Positions 28,424 to 39,345 of a stretch of 64,000 bases of DNA are shown here, piece by piece; positions within the stretch are counted from its first letter, which is position 1; every line of letters begins with the position of its first letter. A program made the position numbers and the translations under genes. The notes under the pieces are model-generated. The model made no database searches, was not told where the DNA came from, and was given only the letters and a program-made list of their open reading frames with translations. The stretch comes from an uncultured virus (IMG/VR IMGVR_UViG_3300032893_000022) (lineage: Duplodnaviria; Heunggongvirae; Uroviricota; Caudoviricetes), in IMG/VR virus record IMGVR_UViG_3300032893_000022; one strand, 5' to 3'.

Positions 28424-29014
28424 ATGGCAGCTCCTACACCTTCGAAATTAGATTTTCAACAAGTACTTCAAGGTTCATTTGACGAAGCTACGGGAAGTCT
28501 ACGTGTAGATGCGACAGTTAATATTGGATCTATTACCGTTGATCTTAGTCATACCACAGATAGTGTTAGATTAGGTGATGGAACAGTCTTTTTAACCTCA
28601 ACAACCGTTGGACCAAAGACTGGTTTAGATGTTAATGTATTAAATTCTTTAGGAATCATAATTGATTCTACTGATGATAATATATTAGTGCTAGGAACTG
28701 AAGATGGCACTAAAACTGGAACACAACACGTATTTAAAATTCCATCTGATTTAAAACTTAGAGTTAAAGATGAGGATGCTAATACAACATTATCAACAAT
28801 TAATAGTAAACTCATTGATTTCAATACCACAGCAATTAAATCAATACAATTATTTACAATGCCATTTGATGCGATCACCGCTACTTATCCAAGCGCAACA
28901 CAAGAAGTTTACAAATCTAGACTTGGTGGAATAGCTGGTACAGTCCAACAAACGGCAACGGTGAATTATACAGATTCAACAAAAAACTTTTTACTTAACG
29001 TGGCGGTAGTATAA
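28424..29014 (+). CDS. Virion structural protein
   Basis: Thr/Val/Asp-rich beta composition in the structural operon. Confidence 0.55.
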   Translation: MAAPTPSKLDFQQVLQGSFDEATGSLRVDATVNIGSITVDLSHTTDSVRLGDGTVFLTSTTVGPKTGLDVNVLNSLGIIIDSTDDNILVLGTEDGTKTGTQHVFKIPSDLKLRVKDEDANTTLSTINSKLIDFNTTAIKSIQLFTMPFDAITATYPSATQEVYKSRLGGIAGTVQQTATVNYTDSTKNFLLNVAVV

Positions 29015-29332
29015 ATGCCTTTTAAATTTAATCCTATAACTGGACAACTCGATTTAGTAAATGCTACTTCCACTGGAACAGTTACTGGAGTACCTCCAAC
29101 TGATATAAACGCTATTGCTCGTTGGGATGATACTACTGGAACTACAATAAAAAATAGTCCTGGAACTTTAGTACAGGATAGTGGAGCTATAAATGCTCAG
29201 GCATTTCTATTTAATAGACAAATTATGAACGATGTAATTGTCCCCGATCAATATACAATCATAGCTAGTGATATAGAACTTTTAACGGGCGATATAATTC
29301 TTGAAGGCGATTCAGAATTAATATTGATATAA
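29015..29332 (+). CDS. Small virion protein
   Basis: MPFKFNPITGQLD start; NAIARWD.TTG fibre-like motif. Confidence 0.55.
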   Translation: MPFKFNPITGQLDLVNATSTGTVTGVPPTDINAIARWDDTTGTTIKNSPGTLVQDSGAINAQAFLFNRQIMNDVIVPDQYTIIASDIELLTGDIILEGDSELILI

Positions 29333-29344
29333 TAAGGAAAAACA

Positions 29345-31318
29345 ATGGCCAAACTTAGATTAGATGAAGTAGTAGTAACGCCCTCACCACCTCCAGCTGG
29401 TGCTATATTATTATACGCTAAAACCGATGATGTTGTTTATGTGCAAGATTCATTAGGAAATGAAGTTCCTATTGGAACACCAGATGCTATTACCGATTTA
29501 ACTGGTGATGTCACAGCTAATGGTCCTGGATCAGTTCCAGCGACAGTTAATTTTGTTGGTGGAGTCACTGCAGCAAACGTTGCTTCAGGAGCCAACTTAG
29601 CAAACGCTGCAACATCAGCCAATACTCCAAGTACTATTGTAAGACGTGATGCTTCAGGTAATTTTGTAGCTAGTGTCATTACCGCCAATTTAACTGGTTC
29701 AGCTTCAAATAACGTATTAAAAGCCGGCGATACAATGACAGGTGCTCTAGTTATTAGTGTCGCATCTACTGGAGCTTTCGTCGTTGGATCTAGTGTTTTA
29801 AGAGTTGATACTACAAATAGTAGAGTTGGTATTAATCAACCAAGCCCCACTCAAGCATTAGATGTAATTGGCAATGGTTTATTTAGTGGTACAGTTACAG
29901 CTTCAAATATCTCAGGAAGTAATACTGGCGATATAACAGTTTTAGATACAAATTCTATTGATCTCACATTAGTTGGACAATTATTAAGCGCAGATCTTAA
30001 GTTATCAGTTGATGCTGCTGATGCAGGAAATTTAAAAGCAACAACTACCATTCACTCTGATGGTTTACATATTGAATATCTTTATGGAACGCCAGTTCAA
30101 ATTGGAACTGCTAATTCTGCCGGAGCTGCGTCGGGATTTGCGTTATATGATCACGTTCATGCACATGGGAACCAAACGAGCCCTACTCTCCACGCATTAG
30201 CCACATCTTTGGCTCATGGATTTATGAGTTCAACAGATAAAGCCAAAGTTGATGCCGAATTGCCAGCTTCTTTAGGTACATCAAATCAAGTTTTGGGTGT
30301 AAATAATGCGGGAACTGCAGGTGAATATAAATCACTTATTGGGACAGCCAATCAGATTATTATCACAGATGGAGTTGGATCTAAAACTTTTTCAACCCCC
30401 CAAGATATTGCAACAAGTTCTAATCCAACATTTAATTCTGAAAATATTACAACTTTTCTTCAATTTACTCAAACTTCTACTCCAACAACCCCAGCGGCAA
30501 CAAAAGCCGATCTTTATATCGATAATTCCAATGGATTTTCTAGACTTAGATATTTAGATGAAACCGGAAGCGTTCAAACAATTCTTCGAGATACTATCTT
30601 TTTAGTGAGAAATAATACCGGTTCCACTATAACTAAAGGACAAGTTGTTTATGTCAACGGATCTAGTGGAACAAATGTTACAGTAGCTTTAGCAAAAGCT
30701 GATTCTTCTAATACTGTACCAGCCATAGGATTAGCGTATGAAAATATTCCCAATGCGGGATTTGGAAGAGTTATTTCTATTGGTATTATAAGTGGTATTG
30801 ATACATCAGGATTTTCAGTTGGAGATAGAGTTTATTTATCCGCAACAACTGCCGGGGCTTTAACAAACGTAAAACCAACTTCTCCTTCAAGTATTTGGCA
30901 ACGCATTGGTATCGTCATTACCTCCGCAGTAAGTGGAGCGTTAGAAGTTAGACCTTTAGCTACTCATGGAGAAGAATCGGGCACAAACCAAGGTTATACA
31001 TTAAATACAGTCGCTTTAACAGACGCTGCTAATATCGCAACAGACGCATCTTTGGGTAATACTTTTACTGTCACTTTAGGCGGAAATAGAAATTTATCAG
31101 CACCCACAAATCCAACAAATAATCAAAAAATCGTTTATAAAATTACTCAAGATGGAACTGGAAATAGAACATTAACATTTGATGCAGTATTTAGATTTGG
31201 TTTAGATGTTTTATCTCCAACATTATCCACCGGAGCAGGAAAAACAGACTATATTGGATTTATATATAATAGTGCAGCAACAAAATGGGATTGTTTGGCC
31301 GTTTCCAAAGGATTTTAA
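29345..31318 (+). CDS. Fibre protein
   Basis: LTGDVT, VLKAGDTMTG, RVGIN..P...LDV.G, GFMSSTDKAK fibre motifs. Confidence 0.8.
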   Translation: MAKLRLDEVVVTPSPPPAGAILLYAKTDDVVYVQDSLGNEVPIGTPDAITDLTGDVTANGPGSVPATVNFVGGVTAANVASGANLANAATSANTPSTIVRRDASGNFVASVITANLTGSASNNVLKAGDTMTGALVISVASTGAFVVGSSVLRVDTTNSRVGINQPSPTQALDVIGNGLFSGTVTASNISGSNTGDITVLDTNSIDLTLVGQLLSADLKLSVDAADAGNLKATTTIHSDGLHIEYLYGTPVQIGTANSAGAASGFALYDHVHAHGNQTSPTLHALATSLAHGFMSSTDKAKVDAELPASLGTSNQVLGVNNAGTAGEYKSLIGTANQIIITDGVGSKTFSTPQDIATSSNPTFNSENITTFLQFTQTSTPTTPAATKADLYIDNSNGFSRLRYLDETGSVQTILRDTIFLVRNNTGSTITKGQVVYVNGSSGTNVTVALAKADSSNTVPAIGLAYENIPNAGFGRVISIGIISGIDTSGFSVGDRVYLSATTAGALTNVKPTSPSSIWQRIGIVITSAVSGALEVRPLATHGEESGTNQGYTLNTVALTDAANIATDASLGNTFTVTLGGNRNLSAPTNPTNNQKIVYKITQDGTGNRTLTFDAVFRFGLDVLSPTLSTGAGKTDYIGFIYNSAATKWDCLAVSKGF

Positions 31319-31566
31319 ATGTATAACTATAGATATATAAATAGACTTTATCAATTTGGGGAAACTAATTATAGTCTTATTTTAGAAGATTTAGATAGTA
31401 ATCCTGTAAAAATAAAAAGAATTGAAAAAACATTTAAAAAAAGTCCTGAAGAAATTGATAATGAATTTTTATACCAAGAAGCTCGAAAAGAAATTTTAAT
31501 AGCAGTTCAAGAAGATTTAGAACGTTCTTTAGAACAAAATTCTGAAAATATTATGGAAGAATAATT

Positions 31567-34038
31567 ATGGCAACTTTAATAAATAATAGTAGTGGAAATT
31601 TTACAACGGCTGGAACTTGGAGTTTAGTTGATTCTACTTCTTTATTAGATTCAGAAACTAATACAACAAATACTACAACCTCATTTGTTGGTAGTTCTAC
31701 TTTTTCTTATGTGTCGCCTCCAACTATTGATGGAATTGGCGTTAAGGTTTCTGCTCGAAGTGCTGCCCCAACAGGAACATTTTCTGTTAGACTTTTTGAT
31801 GGAACATCAGCTGTTACGGGCACAACTGTTACAATAAACGTAACCGATCTTGTTGCTATTAATGGGTCCACAAATATAGGCTGGGTTTTTATGGCCTTTG
31901 CCGCTCCTGTTGCATTAATTGCATCAACAAATTATAGTGTACAAGTACAATCTTCAACAAATGCTCAAGTTACTTTATATAGAGATGCTACAGCAGCTAA
32001 TTGGTCAAGAATTCTTAGAACTACCACAACCCAAGCTCCTGCTTCTGGGGACAATTTAATTGTTGCTGGAGATAGAACAGGTGCAGGAACAGGTAATTCT
32101 TATACGGTAACTATGGACAATGCTGATGCTGGAGCAACAACTTTTGGAAACGTTCAAGTATGTGGTCGAGGAACGTTGGCATATGGAACTGCTGCATCTA
32201 CAAATTATTATTTAAAACTTGGCGGAAATTTAACTGTATATACCAATGCAATTTATACTCAAGGAACTGTTGGAACTCCTATACCTTCTACAAGTACAGC
32301 TAAATTAGAGTTTGCTTGTACATCTAACGTTCAATTTGGTTTGGAAGGAAGATTAGGATATAATATTCAAACCCAAGGAAACGCTATTACAAATAGTGCT
32401 CTTTTGGCCGCAGATGCCGCAGCTTCTGCAACATCTCTTACAACAAATATTTCTACTGGATGGAAAAATGGTGATGTAATTGGTATAGCTTCAACAACTA
32501 GAACTAAAGGTGAATCTGAAAGTAAAGCTTTAACTGCTGATGCTTCTGGAACTACTTTAACAATTGCTGCTCTTACAAATGCTCATTCTGGATCAGATGC
32601 AACACAAGCAGAACTTATAAATCTTACAAGAAATGTTCAAATTTTTAGTACAAGTACAACAAATCAAACTTATATTAATTTATTAGGTACTGGAATAGGA
32701 AGTTTTCAAGCTACAGAATTTTATAATATGGGGTCAGCCACGGCCCTTAAAAGAGGAATCGATGTAGGAACAACTACTGGATCATTTGTCATGAACAATT
32801 GTTCAGTGCACGATTTTAATGTTACTAGTTCTTTGGGGGTTAATTTTAATTCTGGTTCTGGTAATAATTTTACAATGACAAATTGCGTGGTCTATAATAT
32901 TGCAAATACCGGAATAAATTTAGTAAATTCTTCAGGAACTACACATACTCTTGATAATATTATAGTGATGCTTACAGGAGCCACGGGATTTAATCTTGCA
33001 GATTTAACTGGAACCGCATTAACAAATTTAACCGCAGTAAGTGCTACAGGGGCTGGAATTACTTTAAGTGATTCAAATGGAACAGCAGGAAATGTTTTTG
33101 GAACTTGTAATAATTTAACTTCACATTCTAATAGTACTATAGGTATTTCTATGAGTACTATTTTTGCGGTTACAAATAATCCTTATGGAACTTTCACTCA
33201 TTTTACTTGTTGGAGAAATACAACCAATGGTTTAAATATTTCAAATGTTTTTGCGATTATAGTAGATACTGTAACTGCTTTTGGGAATGGAACTGCTAAT
33301 GTAACATTTGGTGGTGTGGATTGTTCTACTATTATTTTAAAGAATATGACCTTAAATGCTGGTACAACATTGACTTGTCCAATCGGTTTAAATATTACTG
33401 GAGATACATATAATACATTTATTGATACTTCAACATTTGGAAGTACTACTACTCATGCAACTGGAGATGTTAATATTTCTGGTGTTGGTATTTGTCCACA
33501 AGTTGTATTAAGAAATTGTGTAAGAAATTCTACAACAAAATTATCTAATCCTGGTAATATGACTGAAGGAGGATTTGTTTCTTCAGCTCGTGATCAACAA
33601 ACTGCTGGAAGTCATTTAACTACAAAAAAATATGGAACAATCAATGTTGATACTACAATTTTTAATAAAGGTTCTCCATCTTCAAGAATGACCCCTAATA
33701 ATGCTGCCTCTACCAACAAACTTCAAGGTGGAGTTAAGAAATTTGCTGTTCCTAATGGTCAAACTGCCATCGTGAGTGTATTTTTAAGAAAATCTGTTGC
33801 TGGAGATGGTTCAGCATATAATGGTAATCAACCAAGACTTATTTTAAAAGCAGATCCAGCGGTTGGTATAACATCGGATACAGTTCTTGCGACAGCTGAT
33901 AATACATATAATGGAACATTTAAAGCATTAACTGGTACAACTCCTGCAATTACTGATGATGCAGTTTTTCAAGTTTATATAGATTGTGATGGAACTAGCG
34001 GCTGGATTAATGTAGATGACTGGAGTGTTAACTCATGA
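31567..34038 (+). CDS. Spike/receptor-binding protein with probable beta-helix
   Basis: 823 aa Thr/Asn/Gly-rich; NLTRNV followed by parallel beta-helix-like repeats. Confidence 0.7.
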   Translation: MATLINNSSGNFTTAGTWSLVDSTSLLDSETNTTNTTTSFVGSSTFSYVSPPTIDGIGVKVSARSAAPTGTFSVRLFDGTSAVTGTTVTINVTDLVAINGSTNIGWVFMAFAAPVALIASTNYSVQVQSSTNAQVTLYRDATAANWSRILRTTTTQAPASGDNLIVAGDRTGAGTGNSYTVTMDNADAGATTFGNVQVCGRGTLAYGTAASTNYYLKLGGNLTVYTNAIYTQGTVGTPIPSTSTAKLEFACTSNVQFGLEGRLGYNIQTQGNAITNSALLAADAAASATSLTTNISTGWKNGDVIGIASTTRTKGESESKALTADASGTTLTIAALTNAHSGSDATQAELINLTRNVQIFSTSTTNQTYINLLGTGIGSFQATEFYNMGSATALKRGIDVGTTTGSFVMNNCSVHDFNVTSSLGVNFNSGSGNNFTMTNCVVYNIANTGINLVNSSGTTHTLDNIIVMLTGATGFNLADLTGTALTNLTAVSATGAGITLSDSNGTAGNVFGTCNNLTSHSNSTIGISMSTIFAVTNNPYGTFTHFTCWRNTTNGLNISNVFAIIVDTVTAFGNGTANVTFGGVDCSTIILKNMTLNAGTTLTCPIGLNITGDTYNTFIDTSTFGSTTTHATGDVNISGVGICPQVVLRNCVRNSTTKLSNPGNMTEGGFVSSARDQQTAGSHLTTKKYGTINVDTTIFNKGSPSSRMTPNNAASTNKLQGGVKKFAVPNGQTAIVSVFLRKSVAGDGSAYNGNQPRLILKADPAVGITSDTVLATADNTYNGTFKALTGTTPAITDDAVFQVYIDCDGTSGWINVDDWSVNS

Positions 34039-34566
34039 GCGCAATCGACCCTAAAGGAGATCAAAAATACTGGATAAATGGTGGAACTTTTGAAGGAATT
34101 AGATTTGAACCAAGTAAAGTTGGCGAAAATAAATATTGGGTAAATGGAACACCAGAAGAGAATATAACTCCTTTGCAAAATTTTGATACTGGTAAATTCT
34201 TTTTATTGTTTGAGTGATTATGGTTGATAAAGCAAAAAATCCAGATGGAAGTTTAACATATTTTGATTTAGATCAAAATGTATATAATAAATGTTTATCT
34301 ACAGTACAAAAGGCCCAACAAACTTGGACTATGCTTGTTGCAGGATTTGCGGCGGAAAATATTGCTATGGGTATTACTCAATCAGGTAAAACTGGTTTAA
34401 TTGCCAAAGCATTAAATCAAGTGGCTGTTTATGGTTCTCAAGGTTCTTTATGGCAAGCTTATAATGCTCTTAGCGAAGTTAAAGTGACTCCTGAAATGGC
34501 TCCTTATTTAACTGATGATAGAATTCAATGGATGAAAAATAAAATGATCCAAGCAATATCTAGTTT

Positions 34567-35067
34567 ATGAAAAAAATTATTATTGGATTTAGTAAACCTA
34601 AGTCTTTTAAATTACATGCTTGGTTAATAATGAAAATAGATAAAGCTGATTATGATCATGCCTATATTAAATTTCATTCAGATACCTATAAAAGAGATAT
34701 TATTTATCAAGCCATCGGTAAAGGTGTAGAATTTAAAGGTTTAGCTTTATTTGAAGAAACTACACAACCTGTTGAAGAATATGAATTAGATATAGAAGAT
34801 AATGATTATATTGAATTAATGAAATTTTGTATTGATAATGCTGGAATTTCTTATGGATTTTTATCTACTTTAGGTGTTGGAATAAGTAAATTATTTAAAA
34901 TCAAAAATCCTTTTAGTGATGGTTTAAAAACAGAATTTTGTGATGAAATTGTTTTTAGATGTTTAAATAAAGTAGATCCTAAAGATTTTTGTGAAGATCC
35001 TGAAAATATAAGTCCAAAAGATGTAAATAATATTATTCAGGAACTTAATATTAAAAGGATATTATAA
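34567..35067 (+). CDS. Permuted papain-like (NlpC/P60, YiiX-like) hydrolase
   Basis: His first (YDHAYI), then G..Y, then Cys (FCDEIV), then SPKD. Confidence 0.75.
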   Translation: MKKIIIGFSKPKSFKLHAWLIMKIDKADYDHAYIKFHSDTYKRDIIYQAIGKGVEFKGLALFEETTQPVEEYELDIEDNDYIELMKFCIDNAGISYGFLSTLGVGISKLFKIKNPFSDGLKTEFCDEIVFRCLNKVDPKDFCEDPENISPKDVNNIIQELNIKRIL

Positions 35068-35246
35068 TATGGCTAAATTAATATTTATAGATTCTCATGA
35101 TCCCAAGAATAAATTAAGTTATAAAGAAAATCATCAAATAAAAATATTAAAAAGATGTTTAATTACTTCAGGAATTTTAAATGTATTATTTATTATTACT
35201 GGTATTCTTCTTCATAACCACATTTTCAAGTTATAAAGAGGAAGTT

Positions 35247-35708
35247 ATGCCAAAAGTACCAAATACAAAAGAATTTCTTCAAAAAATTCAACAGCTTGAA
35301 TCTAGTGGAGGAAAGGATTTTGAACATCCAGTAATTACAGCTTCTAATTTACAACAAGGAACTAGAGCTATTGGCCGTTATGGTCTTATGCCCAATACTG
35401 TTCAGGAATTAGTGAATAGAAGAAGACTTAGAGGAACAGTTTCCCCAGATATGGTTGAATTAGCTCAACTTCCTCCAGAAGAAATGAAAGCTAAACTTGA
35501 AGCTAATCCAGATTTAGAAGATCAATTAGCCGAAGATCTCGCACAACATGTTATTCGTCGCCAAAAAGGAGATGAAGATAAAGCTGCATATAGCTGGATT
35601 CAGGGACATAATTTAAATCCAAAAGATATTTCACCTGAAAATCTTGAGGAAAGTCCATATGTTCAGAAATATCGAAAATTAAAACAATTAATGACTGATG
35701 AAAATTAA
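35247..35708 (+). CDS. Lysozyme-like/lytic transglycosylase-like protein
   Basis: LESSGG catalytic Glu, AIGRYGLMP, AAYSW..G, YVQK; GAGG RBS before 35247. Confidence 0.75.
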   Translation: MPKVPNTKEFLQKIQQLESSGGKDFEHPVITASNLQQGTRAIGRYGLMPNTVQELVNRRRLRGTVSPDMVELAQLPPEEMKAKLEANPDLEDQLAEDLAQHVIRRQKGDEDKAAYSWIQGHNLNPKDISPENLEESPYVQKYRKLKQLMTDEN

Positions 35709-35713
35709 CAACT
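35705..35713 (+). promoter_or_regulatory. TTAACAACT putative late promoter (scaffold gene)
   Basis: Copy of the repeated motif. Confidence 0.65.
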
Positions 35714-35787
35714 TATAGTGTTATATCTCATTTTGAGACTAACGATTTATTAACTATCCCGAAAGGGACGTAAAATAGGAGAAATAT

Positions 35788-36780
35788 ATGGCTGATGAAG
35801 CTATTGCCACGCCCGAAGCCCCTGCTGAAAACGAAGAATCCACAGAAACTACTGAAAATACTGAAGAAACTCAAGAAGCTTCTAGCGAAGAAGGTTCTGG
35901 AGAAGGTGGAGAATTAACTGCCGCTGCGCAACCAAAGCCTGGAACTTCAGAATCTGCTGAAAAAAAGCTAGCGAAAGCTAAAAAAGAAGAAGCTAAGTCT
36001 AATAAAAAGAAACTCAAAATTAAAGTTGATCAAAAAGAAGAAGATGTTGAATTAGATCTTGATAATGAAGAAGAACTTCGTAAACATCTCCAATTATCTC
36101 GTGCTGCTCAAAAACGTATGGCTGAAATGGCAGAGATGAAAAGAGATGTTACTGAACTTATCCAGCGTTTAAATAAAGATCCTCTCTCATTTCTAGGAGA
36201 TAAAGAAAATGGTCTAGGAATGGATATAGAGGATATAGTTAAGCAATACGTTACTCAACGTTTAGCTGATGCCGAAAAAAGCCCTGAACAATTAAAAGCA
36301 GAAGCTACAGAACGTGAGCTACAACGAATTAAAGCTGAACGAGAAGCTGAAAAAGCTGAACGTGAAAAAGAACGTTATGAAACTGCTCTTCAGAATGAAA
36401 TTATCAAATATGATAATATGATTACAAAAACATTGGAGAATTCTGAATTTAAGAAACCAACTCCTTATGTTGTTAAAAAGATGAGTGATTACCTTATCTT
36501 AGCTGTAGAAAATAATATAGATGCTACAACTGATGATATTCTTCCTTTGGTTCGTGAAGAAATCCAAAGTGAAATCAGGGAGTTAATTAATACTGCTCCT
36601 GAAGAAGTTATTGAAGCTTGGTTTGGTAAGGAATTTTTCAATAGAATGCGTAAAAAGAATGTAGCTAAAGCTAAACAAGCTCCAGTTCATGCGTCTGCCA
36701 TTAAAGATATCGGCACCAATTCTGCTAAACCAGCAAAAGAAGCAGACAAAATCAGCTACAAGCAATTTTTTAAATTCTAA
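35788..36780 (+). CDS. Capsid scaffolding protein
   Basis: Acidic N-terminus, KIKVD..E.DV, coiled coil, upstream of the capsid gene. Confidence 0.75.
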   Translation: MADEAIATPEAPAENEESTETTENTEETQEASSEEGSGEGGELTAAAQPKPGTSESAEKKLAKAKKEEAKSNKKKLKIKVDQKEEDVELDLDNEEELRKHLQLSRAAQKRMAEMAEMKRDVTELIQRLNKDPLSFLGDKENGLGMDIEDIVKQYVTQRLADAEKSPEQLKAEATERELQRIKAEREAEKAEREKERYETALQNEIIKYDNMITKTLENSEFKKPTPYVVKKMSDYLILAVENNIDATTDDILPLVREEIQSEIRELINTAPEEVIEAWFGKEFFNRMRKKNVAKAKQAPVHASAIKDIGTNSAKPAKEADKISYKQFFKF

Positions 36781-36810
36781 ATAAAATTAAGTATTTAGAT
36801 GATTATTTAA

Positions 36811-36840
36811 GGGGATATAGAAATATATCCTCTTTTTTTT
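36811..36840 (+). terminator. Rho-independent terminator
   Basis: GGGGATATA-GAAA-TATATCCTC then T8. Confidence 0.85.
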
Positions 36841-36858
36841 CTTGACTTTTTAAAAATT

Positions 36859-36867
36859 TTAACAACT
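36859..36867 (+). promoter_or_regulatory. TTAACAACT putative late promoter (capsid operon)
   Basis: Directly after a terminator. Confidence 0.7.
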
Positions 36868-37017
36868 AAGAGTGTATTAAAGAATACAATTGTCCTACTT
36901 TTTGTAGACTCGACGTATCCTTCTGGGGCGTAGATATCTTTTAAAGATTAAGTGACATTTAGAGCTTTATACGAATTGTAAGTTTTAATGTGATTTTAAT
37001 TATTTAAGGAGATAAAA

Positions 37018-37353
37018 ATGTATACACCTAAGGCCGATGAAGCGGCAAATCAGCAGCTTAAAGTACAAAGATTGGTCATTAAAAGCAATGACTCAAGCAT
37101 GTATTCAAGTGCTAGTGGAAGTACGTGCGTTCTCGTCCGCGAACCTGTAGATGAAGTCTATCTCGCAAGTTCAAAAGACGATAGTGCCAATACACTAACC
37201 CAATACAATCAAGCAAGCCTTTCTATTGTTGATTCCAGCGATACATCAAAAGTTGGAGACAATGGAGATCGAGGTGCAATTTGCATTTCGGGTTTGGCGT
37301 CATTAGACACCAATGATTGTATTATTGTCGAATACAAAGTTCGATTATCTTAA
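37018..37353 (+). CDS. Head-associated protein (decoration candidate)
   Basis: Co-transcribed with the capsid gene; AAGGAG RBS. Confidence 0.5.
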   Translation: MYTPKADEAANQQLKVQRLVIKSNDSSMYSSASGSTCVLVREPVDEVYLASSKDDSANTLTQYNQASLSIVDSSDTSKVGDNGDRGAICISGLASLDTNDCIIVEYKVRLS

Positions 37354-37372
37354 TTTAGGAAGGAAATAGATT

Positions 37373-38593
37373 ATGTCAGCCGCAGCCAATCAATATAAAG
37401 ACATGAACGCCCTCTTTAAAGAGGTCTACGCGGATAAGGTTAAAGAACTTATTCCCGATGGCGTCAAATTGTTAAATCTTATCGACTTTATGGCCAAAGA
37501 TAAACAACCTGGTAACTTTTACCACCAACCTGTTGTTCTTGGTCTTGAGCACGGTATTACTTTTGCTTCAAGCGATGAAGATGCATTTAATCTTCGTCCT
37601 GCAATCAGTGGCGTTATCAAAGATGCCGTTGTTCGTGGTAATAGTGCCGTACTTAGAGGTCTAATCGGTATTACTGCTGTTAGCCGTTCACAAGGTTCTA
37701 AACAAGCTTTTATGGACGCTACGAAGTATGTCGTTGGTAACATGTTACGTTCTATGACCAAAAAGATCGAAGCAGAAATGCTCTACGGTCAAATGGGTTA
37801 TGGAATTGTTAGTGCCGTTTCAGGTGCTACTGTTACTATCTCAACTGCCGAATGGGCTCCCGGTCTCTGGGCAGGTGCGGAAAAACTCCCCATCGAAGTT
37901 AGAAATGCCGCAGATACCACTTCTCGTGGTGAAACCAAGGTTCTATCAGTGGATATGGATGCTCGAACAGTAACGTTTGAATCTCTCCCTCCTGGAACTG
38001 TTGCCACAGACGTTCTCTGGCATGCAGGTGCTCATGGAAATGAATTCCCCGGCATCCACAAGATTTTGACTCAATCCTCAGGAACACTCTTTGGTATTGA
38101 TGTTGGATCTTTCAACCTATTCAAAGGTAACTCTTTCTCTGTCGGTGGTGCATTAAGCTTTACAAAAGTTATTAGTGCCGCTGCTCGACCAGTTGAAAAA
38201 GGACAAGAAGGTCGCCTACTTTGCCTAGTTAATCCTCGTGGATGGGCAAATATGAATAGTGACGAAGCTGCTCTACGTCGATATGATTCAAGCTATAGCT
38301 CAGAGAAAGCTAAGAACGGTTCTCGTTCTCTAGTGTTCTACTCTCAAAATGGTGAAATTGAAATTCAACCTTCAATTTACATTAAAGAGGGCTTTGCTTA
38401 TCTAATTGATCTATCCGAGTGGGCTAGAGTCGGTTCAAGCGATATTACCTTTAAACGTCCTGGTCAAGGAGAGCAATTTTTCAAGGACAGCGAAAATGCT
38501 GCTGCATATGAGTTAAGACTCTATACAGATCAAGCGTTGTTTTGCGCCGCCCCTGGTAAGAATTGTATTCTAACCGGTATTGTTAATACTTAA
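37373..38593 (+). CDS. Major capsid protein
   Basis: 406 aa after the scaffold; LFKEVY start, EAEMLYG, GIHKI...LFGID; followed by a terminator. Confidence 0.85.
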   Translation: MSAAANQYKDMNALFKEVYADKVKELIPDGVKLLNLIDFMAKDKQPGNFYHQPVVLGLEHGITFASSDEDAFNLRPAISGVIKDAVVRGNSAVLRGLIGITAVSRSQGSKQAFMDATKYVVGNMLRSMTKKIEAEMLYGQMGYGIVSAVSGATVTISTAEWAPGLWAGAEKLPIEVRNAADTTSRGETKVLSVDMDARTVTFESLPPGTVATDVLWHAGAHGNEFPGIHKILTQSSGTLFGIDVGSFNLFKGNSFSVGGALSFTKVISAAARPVEKGQEGRLLCLVNPRGWANMNSDEAALRRYDSSYSSEKAKNGSRSLVFYSQNGEIEIQPSIYIKEGFAYLIDLSEWARVGSSDITFKRPGQGEQFFKDSENAAAYELRLYTDQALFCAAPGKNCILTGIVNT

Positions 38594-38614
38594 TTAGTTT
38601 CAAGTATTTAAGAG

Positions 38615-38645
38615 AAGCTCGGATTAAACCTCCGAGCTTTTTTTT
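38615..38645 (+). terminator. Rho-independent terminator
   Basis: AAGCTCGGA-TTAAACC-TCCGAGCTT then a T run. Confidence 0.85.
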
Positions 38646-38706
38646 GTTTAAAAATTTTCGAAAAACTATTGCGAAATATTAACAACTAGTGATATAATGG
38701 TTATAT

Positions 38707-39279
38707 ATGACTAAAGAATGTAAAATTTGTAAAGTAATTAAAGAAGAGGAAGAATTTTTCACTTGTGGAAGATATAAAGATAAGATTTATCGTCGTGGAG
38801 AATGTATCAAATGTCATAATTCATTAAGATTTGGTAAAAACAATGAATATTATAAAGAACGCAATAAAACATTAGAACGAAAATTAAAAAATAAAATTAC
38901 TAAATCTAAACCGGAATATAAAGAAAAACAAAGAATTTATGAAAATAAAAAATACAAAGAAGATATTGTTTATCGTTTAAAAAAATGTCTAAGAATTCGA
39001 GTAAGAATTGCTTTAAAAGCTAAAAAATGGCGTAAAGATAATACACTCCATAAATATCTAGGTTGTTCATTAGATCAATTAAAAGAACATTTGGCATCTA
39101 AATTTATTGATAATATGACCTGGGAGAATTATGGTTTTGGATTAGACAAATGGACTATAGATCATATAATTCCTTTAGATTCGGCTCAAACTCCTGAAGA
39201 AATGTATAAGTTGTGTCATTTCAGTAACTTACAACCAATGTGGTATATAGATAATATTAAAAAATCTAATAAATATTAA
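38707..39279 (+). CDS. HNH-type endonuclease
   Basis: YLGCS, MTWENYG, WTIDHIIP, HFSNLQPMW..DN..KSN. Confidence 0.85.
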   Translation: MTKECKICKVIKEEEEFFTCGRYKDKIYRRGECIKCHNSLRFGKNNEYYKERNKTLERKLKNKITKSKPEYKEKQRIYENKKYKEDIVYRLKKCLRIRVRIALKAKKWRKDNTLHKYLGCSLDQLKEHLASKFIDNMTWENYGFGLDKWTIDHIIPLDSAQTPEEMYKLCHFSNLQPMWYIDNIKKSNKY

Positions 39280-39345
39280 ATATCCAAAAAATCCTATAAA
39301 TTTAACAACTAAAGGTGTAGATATCTTTATTTTCTAGGAGTTTTA

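Noticed and set aside
35181..35246. Signal or SAR-like N-terminal extension on the lysozyme-like ORF
   Set aside because: Overlaps a separate small ORF starting at about 35069, and a GAGG RBS precedes 35247; not fully excluded
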